Source: an uncultured Phycisphaerales bacterium
GTDB lineage: Bacteria > Planctomycetota > Phycisphaerae > Sedimentisphaerales > Anaerobacaceae
Direction: 5' to 3'
Length of the DNA: 64,000 nt
Assembly (NCBI GenBank): GCA_963772725.1
Contig: CAVYYI010000003.1
Span: 384,001-448,000, forward strand
The translations under genes were made by a program, and so were the position numbers. Positions 11,724 to 20,541 of this stretch are shown here, piece after piece. A model generated the notes under the pieces. It had not been told where the DNA came from, made no database searches, and worked only from the letters and a program-made list of their open reading frames with translations. Numbering within the stretch: the stretch's first letter is position 1; each line of letters opens with the position of its first letter.

Positions 11724-11753
11724 CTAACCACTAACTACTAATGACTAACCACT
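11724..11753. repeat. Degenerate heptamer tandem array (4 copies)
   Basis: CTAACCA CTAACTA CTAATGA CTAACCA. Confidence 0.75.
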
Positions 11754-11778
11754 CTCAAACTTATTCAAGTTTGAGAAC

Positions 11779-11863
11779 TGCGAGCGAAAGGAGTCGAACC
11801 TTCACGGGCTTATCGCCCACCAGGACCTAAACCTGGCGCGTATGCCAATTCCGCCACGCTCGC
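11779..11863 (-). tRNA. tRNA-Leu(TAG), CCA not encoded
   Basis: Minus strand GCGAGCG acceptor stem, GGCGGAATTGGCATACGC D arm, CCAGG-TTTAGGT-CCTGG anticodon arm, long variable arm, GGTTCGACTCC T arm. Confidence 0.96.
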
Positions 11864-11870
11864 TTGTGCA

Positions 11871-12089
11871 TCAGGCGTTGCTTTTCGGCTCAGAGATTTT
11901 TTCGATTCGCTTTTCGGCTTCCTGAAGAATGCTCCTGCACTGTTTAATCAGGGCCATTCCCTTTTCATACTGGTCAAGACTGTCCTGAAGCGGAGTCTCG
12001 CCGCTCTCAATTTTGCCCACTATCGCAGTAAGCTCTTTTATCGCCTGCTCAAAGCTCATTTTACTCAAGTCTTTTTCATCTTTTGCCAT
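11871..12089 (-). CDS. xseB: Exodeoxyribonuclease VII small subunit
   Basis: SFEQAIKEL..IV..IESGE.PL..SL..YEKG...L..AE pattern; start at MAKDEK. Confidence 0.95.
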   Translation of the reverse strand: MAKDEKDLSKMSFEQAIKELTAIVGKIESGETPLQDSLDQYEKGMALIKQCRSILQEAEKRIEKISEPKSNA

Positions 12090-12103
12090 ATGTATCCCTG
12101 CAT

Positions 12104-12130
12104 TGTCATTCCCGCGAAAGCGGGAATCCA
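12104..12130. repeat. REP-like palindrome TGTCATTCCCGCGAAAGCGGGAATCCA (copy 1)
   Basis: ATTCCCGC/GCGGGAAT stem; near-identical copy at 40319-40344. Confidence 0.8.
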
Positions 12131-12139
12131 TTTCCCTTC

Positions 12140-12993
12140 TTATTCTGTTTAATTTTCACTTCACTTTCAATAAAATTCTCATAGGCAGGCTCAGTTATGA
12201 TTAAATTCTGCCTATTATCTGAACCTAATAAGTTTCCTTATTATGCTAAACACCGCCATATTTTATGAAAAATCCTAGTAGCTCAAAAAAATTCCCTTGA
12301 TGCTCGCCGCCGCCGACATCTCCAAAATAATATTTGCCAAATATCGCCATTATAGTTAGTAGAAGGAAAATACCCCATAGGATATACCTGTTTTTAGCAT
12401 ATTTATAAATAAATGAGGCTAAGATATAAAATGATGAAAGTATAATTATACAACATAGGAGAAATAGAACAAGAAATATGGGTGGATCATTCAATATATT
12501 CAACTTCAATATTCCTAACAGTATCATCATTAACGGAAAAATAAAGGGCACAAAGCCTGAACTGACCAAAACCGCGGCAGGGCTTGGGAAAAATAATATA
12601 AGTCCTATTAGAAGAATAAGCTTTTGTCTGTTCCAACGTAAGTCCTGCCTCCAATTACAATGGATTAAAAAACCGATAGCGAGTACAGGTAAGCAAAGCA
12701 TACCAATAATACAGATTAAATATTCATATTTGTGAGAAATGCCATATCCAAACCATGGTGTCCCTGTGCATATACAATAAAACAAACGAGTTACAATTAA
12801 AAAACAAGTAAACGCAGCTCCTGCTAACCCAAGAATTGTAATGAAAAAACCAATACGCTTTACTATGCTCATACTGATGAATTCCTAAAAAGAGACAGGT
12901 GAGATAGACTCACACTGCCATTTTTTGTCATAGTCCCTTAACGGATTCGCATTTATTCTGTTTAATTTTCACTTCACTTTCAATAAAATTCTC
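12140..12993. mobile_element. Single-gene islet bounded by 41-bp perfect direct repeats (12140-12180 and 12953-12993) of the xseA 3' end
   Basis: TTATTCTGTTTAATTTTCACTTCACTTTCAATAAAATTCTC is identical at both positions; interior is AT-rich; no integrase. Confidence 0.75.
12246..12872 (-). CDS. Hypothetical membrane protein (islet cargo)
   Basis: 208 aa, about 6 TM segments, AT-rich codons, upstream AGGA. Confidence 0.75.
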   Translation of the reverse strand: MSIVKRIGFFITILGLAGAAFTCFLIVTRLFYCICTGTPWFGYGISHKYEYLICIIGMLCLPVLAIGFLIHCNWRQDLRWNRQKLILLIGLILFFPSPAAVLVSSGFVPFIFPLMMILLGILKLNILNDPPIFLVLFLLCCIIILSSFYILASFIYKYAKNRYILWGIFLLLTIMAIFGKYYFGDVGGGEHQGNFFELLGFFIKYGGV

Positions 12994-14308
12994 GCTTGCC
13001 AGTTCCGTTATCATTGTATCGCCGATTTCAACATCGTCAACTTTTGCAATAACCTGTCCGGTCTTTTTACTGCTCGTAATACTATAACCTCGCTGCAGAA
13101 CCGATTTCGGATTCAGCCCCTGCAATCGCGCCGCCTGCGCGGTCAACTGAAGCTGACGTCTGTTCATTATAGCATTTATCGCCGCGTTTGTCCGATTCTC
13201 CAGATTATTTATATCCACCATTTTTCTGCCCAGCAGCCGATGAGGCTCAATCTTTACCACCTGCTCATAACAAAGCCGAGTTTTTTCTTTTGCACCGGTG
13301 ATAATTTCCCTAATCGCTTTCGACAGTGCCGCTTCGAGTTCATCGGCTTTCTGGGCCGCTATGAACACCGGGCCGAGCGGATTCTTAAACACTGCGCTTG
13401 CCAGCAGCGTCATCAGATTTCCGTGATACGATTCGAGTTTCGACTGGATTTTTGATTCTAACCTTTTTTGATAATACCCCAACTGCTCCAGCACCTCACT
13501 TACATCCGGCACAGCTATCATACCCGCCTTCGTAGGAGTCGATGCCCTGGCGTCAGCAACCAAATCCGCGATTGTCGTATCATACTCATGTCCCACCGCG
13601 CTTATGACTGGAATCTTCGAATCGTAAATCGCCCGTGCCAATACCTCTTCATTAAACGCCCACAAATCCTCGAGCGACCCGCCTCCCCGACCAACTATCA
13701 CAATATCGAGTTTAAGTGTTTTATTCCGCCTGTTGACCGCCCGTATCGACTTGGCGATTTCCTCCGCCGCCCCTTCTCCCTGAACCGGAACATCATACAA
13801 AAACAGCTTTGCGCAAGGCCACCTGCTGTGAATGCTCTCTTCTATATCGTGTATCGCCGCTCCCGATTCACTCGTCAATATCCCTATCCGCATCGGATAC
13901 GCCGGTATCGGCTTTTTATGCTCATCCGCGAAAAGCCCCTCCGCGGTAAGCCGCCTGACCATCTGCTCAAAAGCAAGCTGCAGCGCCAACCCCCGCAGGT
14001 TCCAGCTTATCCACATAAAACTGGTACTTGCCCTGAGGCGGATAAACGTCAATATATCCCGTCGCCAGGACAGCCATCCCGTTTTCCGGCGCAAATTTTA
14101 CGCTGTTGAATTTACTGGCCCACATAACACAAGGCACAATTCCCCCCGCGTCTTTGAGCGAAAAATAACAATGCCCGCTCGAATGACACCGCCAGTCGCT
14201 GATTTCTCCGCTTACCACCAGCCGCGATGGCAGAGTCTCCTCGAGCGCCTGCTTAATCAGCGAATTGATTTGGCTCACCGAATAAATTGTAAGCTTCGCC
14301 TTTGCCAT
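12928..14308 (-). CDS. xseA: Exodeoxyribonuclease VII large subunit (frameshift near 13985)
   Basis: N-terminal OB fold (GEISDW..HSSGHCYFSLKD); GRGGGSLEDLWAFNEE, SAVGHEYD, RASTPTKA. Confidence 0.96.
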
Positions 14309-14346
14309 AACCTCTGCAAAAAAACCGCCGCACCTCGTTTGAATTT

Positions 14347-14374
14347 CTTCGTGCCTTTGTGCCTTCGTGGTTAA
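14347..14374. repeat. Short tandem 8-mer array ending TTCGTGGTTAA
   Basis: CTTCGTGC CTTTGTGC CTTCGTGG TTAA. Confidence 0.7.
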
Positions 14375-14379
14375 GATTT

Positions 14380-15342
14380 TTACTCGATTTTTTTCCGGTA
14401 AAGCCTGGTCTCAAGCGCATTTTGCCATGCCGTCCAGTTCGAGTCGCTCGTCTCGCCTTCGATGGCCGCGTTGACCTGACTGATTTTGGCGTCGAGGTCG
14501 TCGATATAATTGACCATAAACGCCTCCGCAGTCGCGGGCAGTTTCGGCGAACCGAACTCGTACTCGCCGTGATGCGCCAAAATAATATGCCCCAGCGAAT
14601 CCAATATCGCCTTATCAATCTTTGTCCCTTTTGCCGCCAGCGCATCGGCCTTTTTATTCAGCATAAAAAAACTCAGTGATATATGCCCAATCAACTGCCC
14701 GGCGTCTGTATAATTAAACGTCATATCGTAGCTGAGTTCCTCGGTCTTGCCCATATCGTGAAAGAATATTCCCGCCAGCACCAAATCCGGATTCACCTCC
14801 TCATACAAAGGCAATATCCCCGTCGCCACACGCAGCATATTATGCGTATGCTCCAAAAGCCCGCCTATAAAATTATGATGCAGCTTCACCCCGCCCGGCG
14901 CATTGCAGAACTTCTTCATCAACTCGGTATCAGTCAAAAAATCGTCAACCACCGCCTTTATCTGCGGATTCCTAACCTTCCCCACCATCTCCTTCACCTC
15001 CGCGAACAACTTCTTAACATCCTTCTTCGTTCGCGGCAGATAATCATCCAGCGTCACCTTACTCGCATCAATCGGACTAATCGTATTTATAACTATCTGC
15101 AGATTATTCTGATACAGCTCACTCCTGCCCTGTATATACACAAACCCAGGCTTAGGCAGCGAATTATAAATCACCTCACTCGCCTGCCACATCCTCCCGT
15201 TAAGCTGCCCCGTCCTGTCCAGCAGATACATCGCGATATACAAATCCCCCTTAGTCGTACTCCGCAAAATCGGGTCCTTAACCACATACACATCATTTAT
15301 CGTCTCACCAGGATTTATCTGATTTATAAACTTATGCGCCAT
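14380..15342 (-). CDS. yhaM: YhaM/CBF1-like 3'-5' exoribonuclease (OB fold + HD domain)
   Basis: LLDRTGQLNGRMW OB fold, HHNFIGGLLEH, FHDMGK, AHHGEYEFGSP, IDDLDAK. Confidence 0.88.
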   Translation of the reverse strand: MAHKFINQINPGETINDVYVVKDPILRSTTKGDLYIAMYLLDRTGQLNGRMWQASEVIYNSLPKPGFVYIQGRSELYQNNLQIVINTISPIDASKVTLDDYLPRTKKDVKKLFAEVKEMVGKVRNPQIKAVVDDFLTDTELMKKFCNAPGGVKLHHNFIGGLLEHTHNMLRVATGILPLYEEVNPDLVLAGIFFHDMGKTEELSYDMTFNYTDAGQLIGHISLSFFMLNKKADALAAKGTKIDKAILDSLGHIILAHHGEYEFGSPKLPATAEAFMVNYIDDLDAKISQVNAAIEGETSDSNWTAWQNALETRLYRKKIE

Positions 15343-15453
15343 TATTCACTCCATCATTAACATTAAATCAGATAAAATCATATTCTCTCCCCCCATTTTT
15401 TGCAAGAAACCTTTTAAATTCCCCTATTGCCCTCTGTTCCGTAACGCCTTACC

Positions 15454-15476
15454 GAGCCGCGAATGTCAATGAGCGG
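15454..15476. repeat. REP-like element GAGCCGCGAATGTCAATGAGCGG
   Basis: Imperfect CCGC...GCGG hairpin resembling the GAGCCGCG-N-GAGCGG intergenic repeat type; only one copy in the window. Confidence 0.45.
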
Positions 15477-15630
15477 TAAATTCTTTCCTAAATCAAATCC
15501 CAAAGTCAGCGTAAAGTCGTCGAACTGTTTCATTACCCTTAATACCCCCCCAATTCAAAAATCCGTTCTAAAAAACCTTAGCAATTAGAATCAAAATAAT
15601 TTATCAAATCAATTAACTTATATCACAACT

Positions 15631-16735
15631 TTAGGCTTTGGTTGAACTATTAAATTTTCTTTTTTTCATTATATTGCGATAGAAACAAAAACCAATGATA
15701 ATCACAATAAAGAGTATCCCCCAAAAACCATATGCTCGTATAGAGAGATATGCAATATGTTTGTTTGATTCCCACCTTGCCGACATTTTGCAAGTGCCAC
15801 ACCAAGAAAAATATGGATAGCGTTTTTTTGCCTTCAAGGCATAGGAAAGAGGACGGTTATACTTTCCCATATATTCATAACATTTTGATATTTCCAAACA
15901 ACTCTGATGGGAATAATTCCTGTAAGTTTCCATTATACTGGCGCCCCGTTCTTTGTCGTTGGGTTCTGAATTCAAGACTACTGTAAAATACTCTATTGCC
16001 TCAGGATATTTTTTTCGTTCTTTTGATAAGATGCCAAGATTGAACATTGCTATCGACCACGAAGACTTTGCATTTGGATGTTTAGCAACTTCTCTCCAAT
16101 ATTGGTCCGCCTTTTCTCCATCTCCTATTGAATAACAATCTAAACCCGCGGTTAATAATGCTTTAGCAGCAGCATTTTCTTCCACATTCGACAATTCTGG
16201 AATGGCAGAAAGCGCAATAATATTACCTTTGATGTCTCCCCTTTTCTTAAGAAGTTCCGCAATTAAAAAGTACTTCTCTACCATCGGAAAATTTTGATTT
16301 TGCCAAGCGTTTATGATAGGCAGAATGCGTTTATGAAACCATTCTGGTCCAACTTCCAAATAGAAGGTACGGTAATCATTTAGTTCGACACGTTTAGTCA
16401 GCAGCCCACTTTTTCAATATTTCAATTCTTTTGTTAAGCATCTGCCGCCAGTCAGAAGCTATATTGTCTATAACAAGACCTTCAAGGATGGTGGCAGCCT
16501 CTATAAAATGGCCTCGTTCAGCAAAATTTTGCGATCTGCAGATATCTTGGGCAAATTTGTCGCTTCCAAAAGCCGACAATGAAATATCACCTTCTTTGTC
16601 GGCTTGTTGTTTTAGATTTTGCATATAATCATGAAGTTCATGTGCTGAACTTGAGTTTTGAATTGTATCTGCAGATATGTTGCAATATCTTGTGAGAAAT
16701 ATGACTATAAAGAGAAATATCCTAAATTTGATCAT
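15631..16735 (-). CDS. Exported TPR-repeat protein with C-terminal TM anchor (one extra base near 16396)
   Basis: Signal-peptide-like N-terminus; removing one base joins WAAD to KRVELNDYRTFYLEVG; TPR-like AMFNLGIL...AIEYF; terminal TM plus basic tail; AT-rich. Confidence 0.7.
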
Positions 16736-16857
16736 TTGTTTTTCTCCTATAAATCAAATGTATATCCACTACTTTATGCCAGCAATTTAGCCCTGACAGT
16801 ATAAAATGTCAATTCCGCATTTTTACTTTTTGCTCTTTGCTTTTTCATATTTCTTTA

Positions 16858-16920
16858 ATCAGTGACATCAGCGTAACCCGTGATTAAATTTAGTGTTTAT
16901 TCGTGTCCATTCGTGGTTAA
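16858..16920. repeat. Short tandem 9-10-mer arrays ending TTCGTGGTTAA
   Basis: ATCAGTGAC ATCAGCGTA ACCCGTGAT, then TTAGTGTTTA TTCGTGTCCA TTCGTGGTTAA. Confidence 0.65.
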
Positions 16921-16928
16921 AATTATTT

Positions 16929-17537
16929 TCACAAACGCCCAAGCTGCTCCAGACACAACTGCGACCACGTCTCCATCGTATCCCGCACTTCATTCAGCTC
17001 CGCCAGACTCATAAACTCCATCTGCGTAATCATCTGCTCCCGCCGATTAACCTTCGCCTCATCCAGCTTCCAATAATGCACAATCCCCAGATGCACACGT
17101 CCCACCTCATTCGATTCATCATTCAGCATCGCCACAACACTATTACTATGTTTCGCCTCCACCGAAACTTCCTCCGCCACCTCCCGCTCCACCGCCGCAA
17201 GATAAGTCTGGTAAAAATCCCCAAACAAAGGCATATCATCCGTAGGATTTATATGCCCCCCAATCCCGATAGACCGTTTCGCCACAAGACGCGTCTCCCC
17301 TGCGCGTTTGCCGCGGACGTAGCTTAGATATTTGCCGTTATGGCCCATTATGACATAAGGAATAAGCTGCTTATACGAGGGGTCCTGCTCAGCCTGTCCA
17401 CGCGGCATAAATCGCGGAATACCCGGCACAAAAATCTCCTTACAATAACGCTCAACATCAAACATCAGCCCGTTAAAGAGCCCGAGCTTTTCAATTACCT
17501 TACGCTCAACAACCAGCACCTGCTCTTCTTTACCCAT
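16929..17537 (-). CDS. Predicted NUDIX-like phosphoesterase
   Basis: RGQAEQDPSYKQLIPY, SIGIGGHINP, REVAEE, VGRVHLG. Confidence 0.85.
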   Translation of the reverse strand: MGKEEQVLVVERKVIEKLGLFNGLMFDVERYCKEIFVPGIPRFMPRGQAEQDPSYKQLIPYVIMGHNGKYLSYVRGKRAGETRLVAKRSIGIGGHINPTDDMPLFGDFYQTYLAAVEREVAEEVSVEAKHSNSVVAMLNDESNEVGRVHLGIVHYWKLDEAKVNRREQMITQMEFMSLAELNEVRDTMETWSQLCLEQLGRL

Positions 17538-17742
17538 CGCCAATTCTTTCTATCAAAAAAACATCTCACCTTTTAAAACTTTTCCCGAATATACCCGATT
17601 CCCCACCACCTGTAAAGGTAAACCAAGACACACATATTTCGCATTTTAATATTTCTTTTCTTGCTGTTTTTCCCAGATTTTATATAATTAGCGGATAGTT
17701 CGGTGTTCAAAGAAACGGTAACTTATTAAGGGAAAATAAACA

Positions 17743-18009
17743 ATGACAGACATAAACCACATCATACTCGGCGTCCACATCACCAACCGCGTCAAACACG
17801 TCAGCAGTGTTCAGGATTTATTGACCAAATACGGCTGCAACATAAGGACCCGTCTCGGCCTGCACCACGTTTCTTCCGACTATTGTTCCCCCAACGGCCT
17901 GATGATTCTCGAAATGGCCGGCGACGACAAGCTCTGCTTCGAACTTATGGACAAACTAAACACCATCGAAGGCGTCGAAGTCCAGAAAATGGTCTTTCAA
18001 AAAGACTAA
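17743..18009 (+). CDS. Small ACT/NikR-C-like protein (TM1266 'iron-only hydrogenase regulator'-like)
   Basis: VQDLLTKYGCNIRTRLGLH...GLMILE pattern; RBS AAGGGA. Confidence 0.7.
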   Translation: MTDINHIILGVHITNRVKHVSSVQDLLTKYGCNIRTRLGLHHVSSDYCSPNGLMILEMAGDDKLCFELMDKLNTIEGVEVQKMVFQKD

Positions 18010-18150
18010 ACCGCATAAATTTTCCTGCCTCTATTTGCCTGCGACATATTTTCCACCACTCGCCCCACGTCACAGCGGCGAATGGTAATGCGAGGTAAAT
18101 CCCAAATCGGCATTTTCTGTCCAGCCTGCCGATTACGGTCTGTGTGGTTT
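18008..18150 (+). ncRNA. Candidate rod-shaped structured element (6S-like RNA or palindromic MITE)
   Basis: Nested stems AAACCGCATA/TGTGTGGTTT, ATTTGCCT/AGGTAAAT, ACCAcTCGCC/GGCGAaTGGT and side hairpin AATCGGCA/TGCCGATT; G-U pairs favour the + strand. Confidence 0.4.
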
Positions 18151-18231
18151 TGCCCTTGCAGATAAGGCGATTCTACGATATAAGTATAGCCGTAAAAAAT
18201 CATTAATCATATATTAACGAGATACAGAACA

Positions 18232-19968
18232 ATGCTATATTCGAAGATGCTGATTCCGACGGTAAAGGAAGTCCCCGCGGACGCCGAGATACCGAGCCAT
18301 CAACTGATGATTCGGGCGGGTCTTATGCGTAAACTCGCCAGCGGGACATATACATATCTGCCTCTGGGTTTTCGCTGCCTTCAGAAGGTTATAAATATCG
18401 TCCGTGATGAGATGAATAAATCCGGCGCTCAGGAAATTTTAATGCCATCCGTTCAGCCGATAGAACTCTGGCAGCAGACCGGACGCGACGTCGATTACGG
18501 CGAAACCATGGCGAAATTCACCGACCGCCACGGAAGGGAAAATGTCCTTGCCCCCACCGCCGAGGAAGTCGTTACCTCGGTAGCCGCCAATGAGATAAAT
18601 TCATACAAGCAGCTGCCGATAAATCTTTACCAGATTAGTTTTAAATTTCGCGATGAGTTTCGTCCGCGATTCGGGGTATTGCGCTAGCGTGAATTCATTA
18701 TGAAAGACGCATACAGCTTCCACACGAACAATGAAAGCCTCAACGGCACTTACAGGATAATGTACGACACTTACTGCCGGATTTTCAAACGCTGCGGCCT
18801 GGAATATGTTATCGTTGAGGCCGAGGCGGGCGAAATGGGCGGCTCAGGCTCGCACCAGTTCACCATCCCCTGCGAATCGGGCGAGGATATAATCGTTTAT
18901 ACCCAGGACGGCTCTTATGCCGCCAACATTGAAAAGGCCGCCGTTGACCCGCTGGCAAGACCCAAGACACAAGACCAAAGACCCCAGATGGAAGAGGTGC
19001 ATACGCCTAATGTCGGGTCGATTGAGGCAGTTTGCGGATTTTTGAAGGCTAAGCCAAAGGATTTGATTAAGACGCTGATATACAGCGCCGATGGCGATGT
19101 CATCGTAGCGGTGGTCCGAGGCGACCACGAACTTAATCCCGAAAAATTTACGCAGACGCTCGGCGGAAAACGCACCGAATTGGCCGATGAAGCTATAATA
19201 CAAAAAGTAACAGACGCCAGAGTCGGTTTCGCAGGCCCAGTAGGAATCTCGCAAAAAGTTTCCAGGGTCATCATCGACCAGGCCGTCGCCGCGATGGCAG
19301 TCGGAATCACCGGCGCAAACAAAAGCGATTACCATATTAAAAACATCGTCCCCGGCAGAGATTTCCCGCTCAACGGCGAAAATACAGTTGTCGCCGATAT
19401 TCGTAACGCTGTTGAGGGTGACACGTATAAAGGTAAAAAACTGCTCTTTAAGCATGGCATTGAGGTTGGACAGGTGTTCAAACTCGGTACAAAATATAGT
19501 TCTAAAATCGGTGCGAAATTTCTTGACGAAGACGGCAAAGAAAAAATCTGCACGATGGGCTGCTACGGCATAGGCATCAACCGCATCGTCGCATCGGCAA
19601 TCGAAACAGGTCACGACGCGGACGGCATAATCTGGCCGATAAATATCGCACCCTTCGAAGTCATCATCACCTCCGTTGGAATCGAGACCGAAATAGTCCA
19701 GACCGCCGAGAAAATCCACAACGAGCTCCAGGCTGCGGGTATCGAATGCCTCTGGGATGACCGCGACGCCCGAGGCGGAGTAAAATTCAAAGATGCTGAC
19801 CTGATCGGTATTCCCGTCAGAATTACCATCGGCAAAAAATCCGTCGCCGAAGGCAACGTCGAAATCAAACTCCGCACCGACAAAACCAGCGATAAAATCG
19901 CAATTGAAAAAGCCGCCGGGAAAGCGGTTGAACTTGTCAATGGACTGAAACAGAAACTTAATCCGTAA
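18232..19968 (+). CDS. proS: Proline--tRNA ligase (bacterial type with INS editing domain); in-frame TAG at 18685-18687
   Basis: [76 protein letters not shown]; both ORF pieces are in the same frame. Confidence 0.96.
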
Positions 19969-19981
19969 TGGGGACAAAAAA

Positions 19982-20524
19982 ATGTGGGAACTCAGAACGC
20001 CTGACAGGGTAAAGCTGATTATCGGGATTCTGGCCTCCGACCAGAACAGCCTCAATATGGCCGTAAGAACCATTGAAGAAAAAATCGGCAAAATAGATTT
20101 GGCAAGCGACGTCTGGCCCTTCACGCAAACCGATTACTACAAAGAGCAGACCGGCGATAAAATTCTCCGCCAGTTTGTCAGCATCGAACGGCCTATTTCG
20201 CCTGGCAGGCTCGCTAAAATAAAACTGAAAACCAACAAACTCGAAGAAAAACTTGCGCATCTGTTAGGCCCCGAAGTCCACAGGCCGGTCAATCTCAACC
20301 CTGGCATTATAGAGACCGCAAAACTCATCCTCGCCTCAACAAAAAACTATTCGCATCGCATATACATAGGTAAAAAAATCTACGCCGAAGTAACTTTGAT
20401 TTTCGACAAAGGCTCTTGGCGCACAATGGATCACACTTACCCCGATTACAAACAGCAGTCTTATTTCGATTTTTTCAATAAAGTCAGGGCAAAATTATTG
20501 GAGCAGTTCAAATCAAAACGCTAA
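19982..20524 (+). CDS. DUF4416-family protein
   Basis: FTQTDYY.E..G, L..IK..TN.LE, RPVNLNPG, LASTKNYSHRIY, TYPDY. Confidence 0.85.
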   Translation: MWELRTPDRVKLIIGILASDQNSLNMAVRTIEEKIGKIDLASDVWPFTQTDYYKEQTGDKILRQFVSIERPISPGRLAKIKLKTNKLEEKLAHLLGPEVHRPVNLNPGIIETAKLILASTKNYSHRIYIGKKIYAEVTLIFDKGSWRTMDHTYPDYKQQSYFDFFNKVRAKLLEQFKSKR

Positions 20525-20541
20525 CCATATCAGCCATAAGT

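Noticed and set aside
11779..11863. tRNA-Leu as an island integration site
   Set aside because: No duplicated tRNA 3' end or integrase was found; the nearby duplication is of xseA instead
12090..12131. N-terminal extension MDSRFRGND on XseB
   Set aside because: It is the translation of the REP-like palindrome; the start at 12089 has its own AGGGA RBS
12181..12245. Integron attC site after the islet gene
   Set aside because: A hairpin is present, but no convincing RYYYAAC...GTTRRRY pair and no integron integrase
18010..18231. T-box riboswitch upstream of proS
   Set aside because: No GGTGGNACCGCG T-box sequence and no terminator with a U tract
18685..18687. Genome-wide reassignment of TAG to a sense codon
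   Set aside because: TAG ends several genes at their expected C-termini (serpin, mtnN, pdaD directly before speB, the 48756 TPR gene)
18844..20124. 426-aa antisense ORF over proS, and similar long shadow ORFs (2343-3089, 13468-14109, 14683-15360, 39776-40414, 43021-43944)
   Set aside because: They lie opposite well-supported genes, have no recognisable motifs and are expected from codon bias
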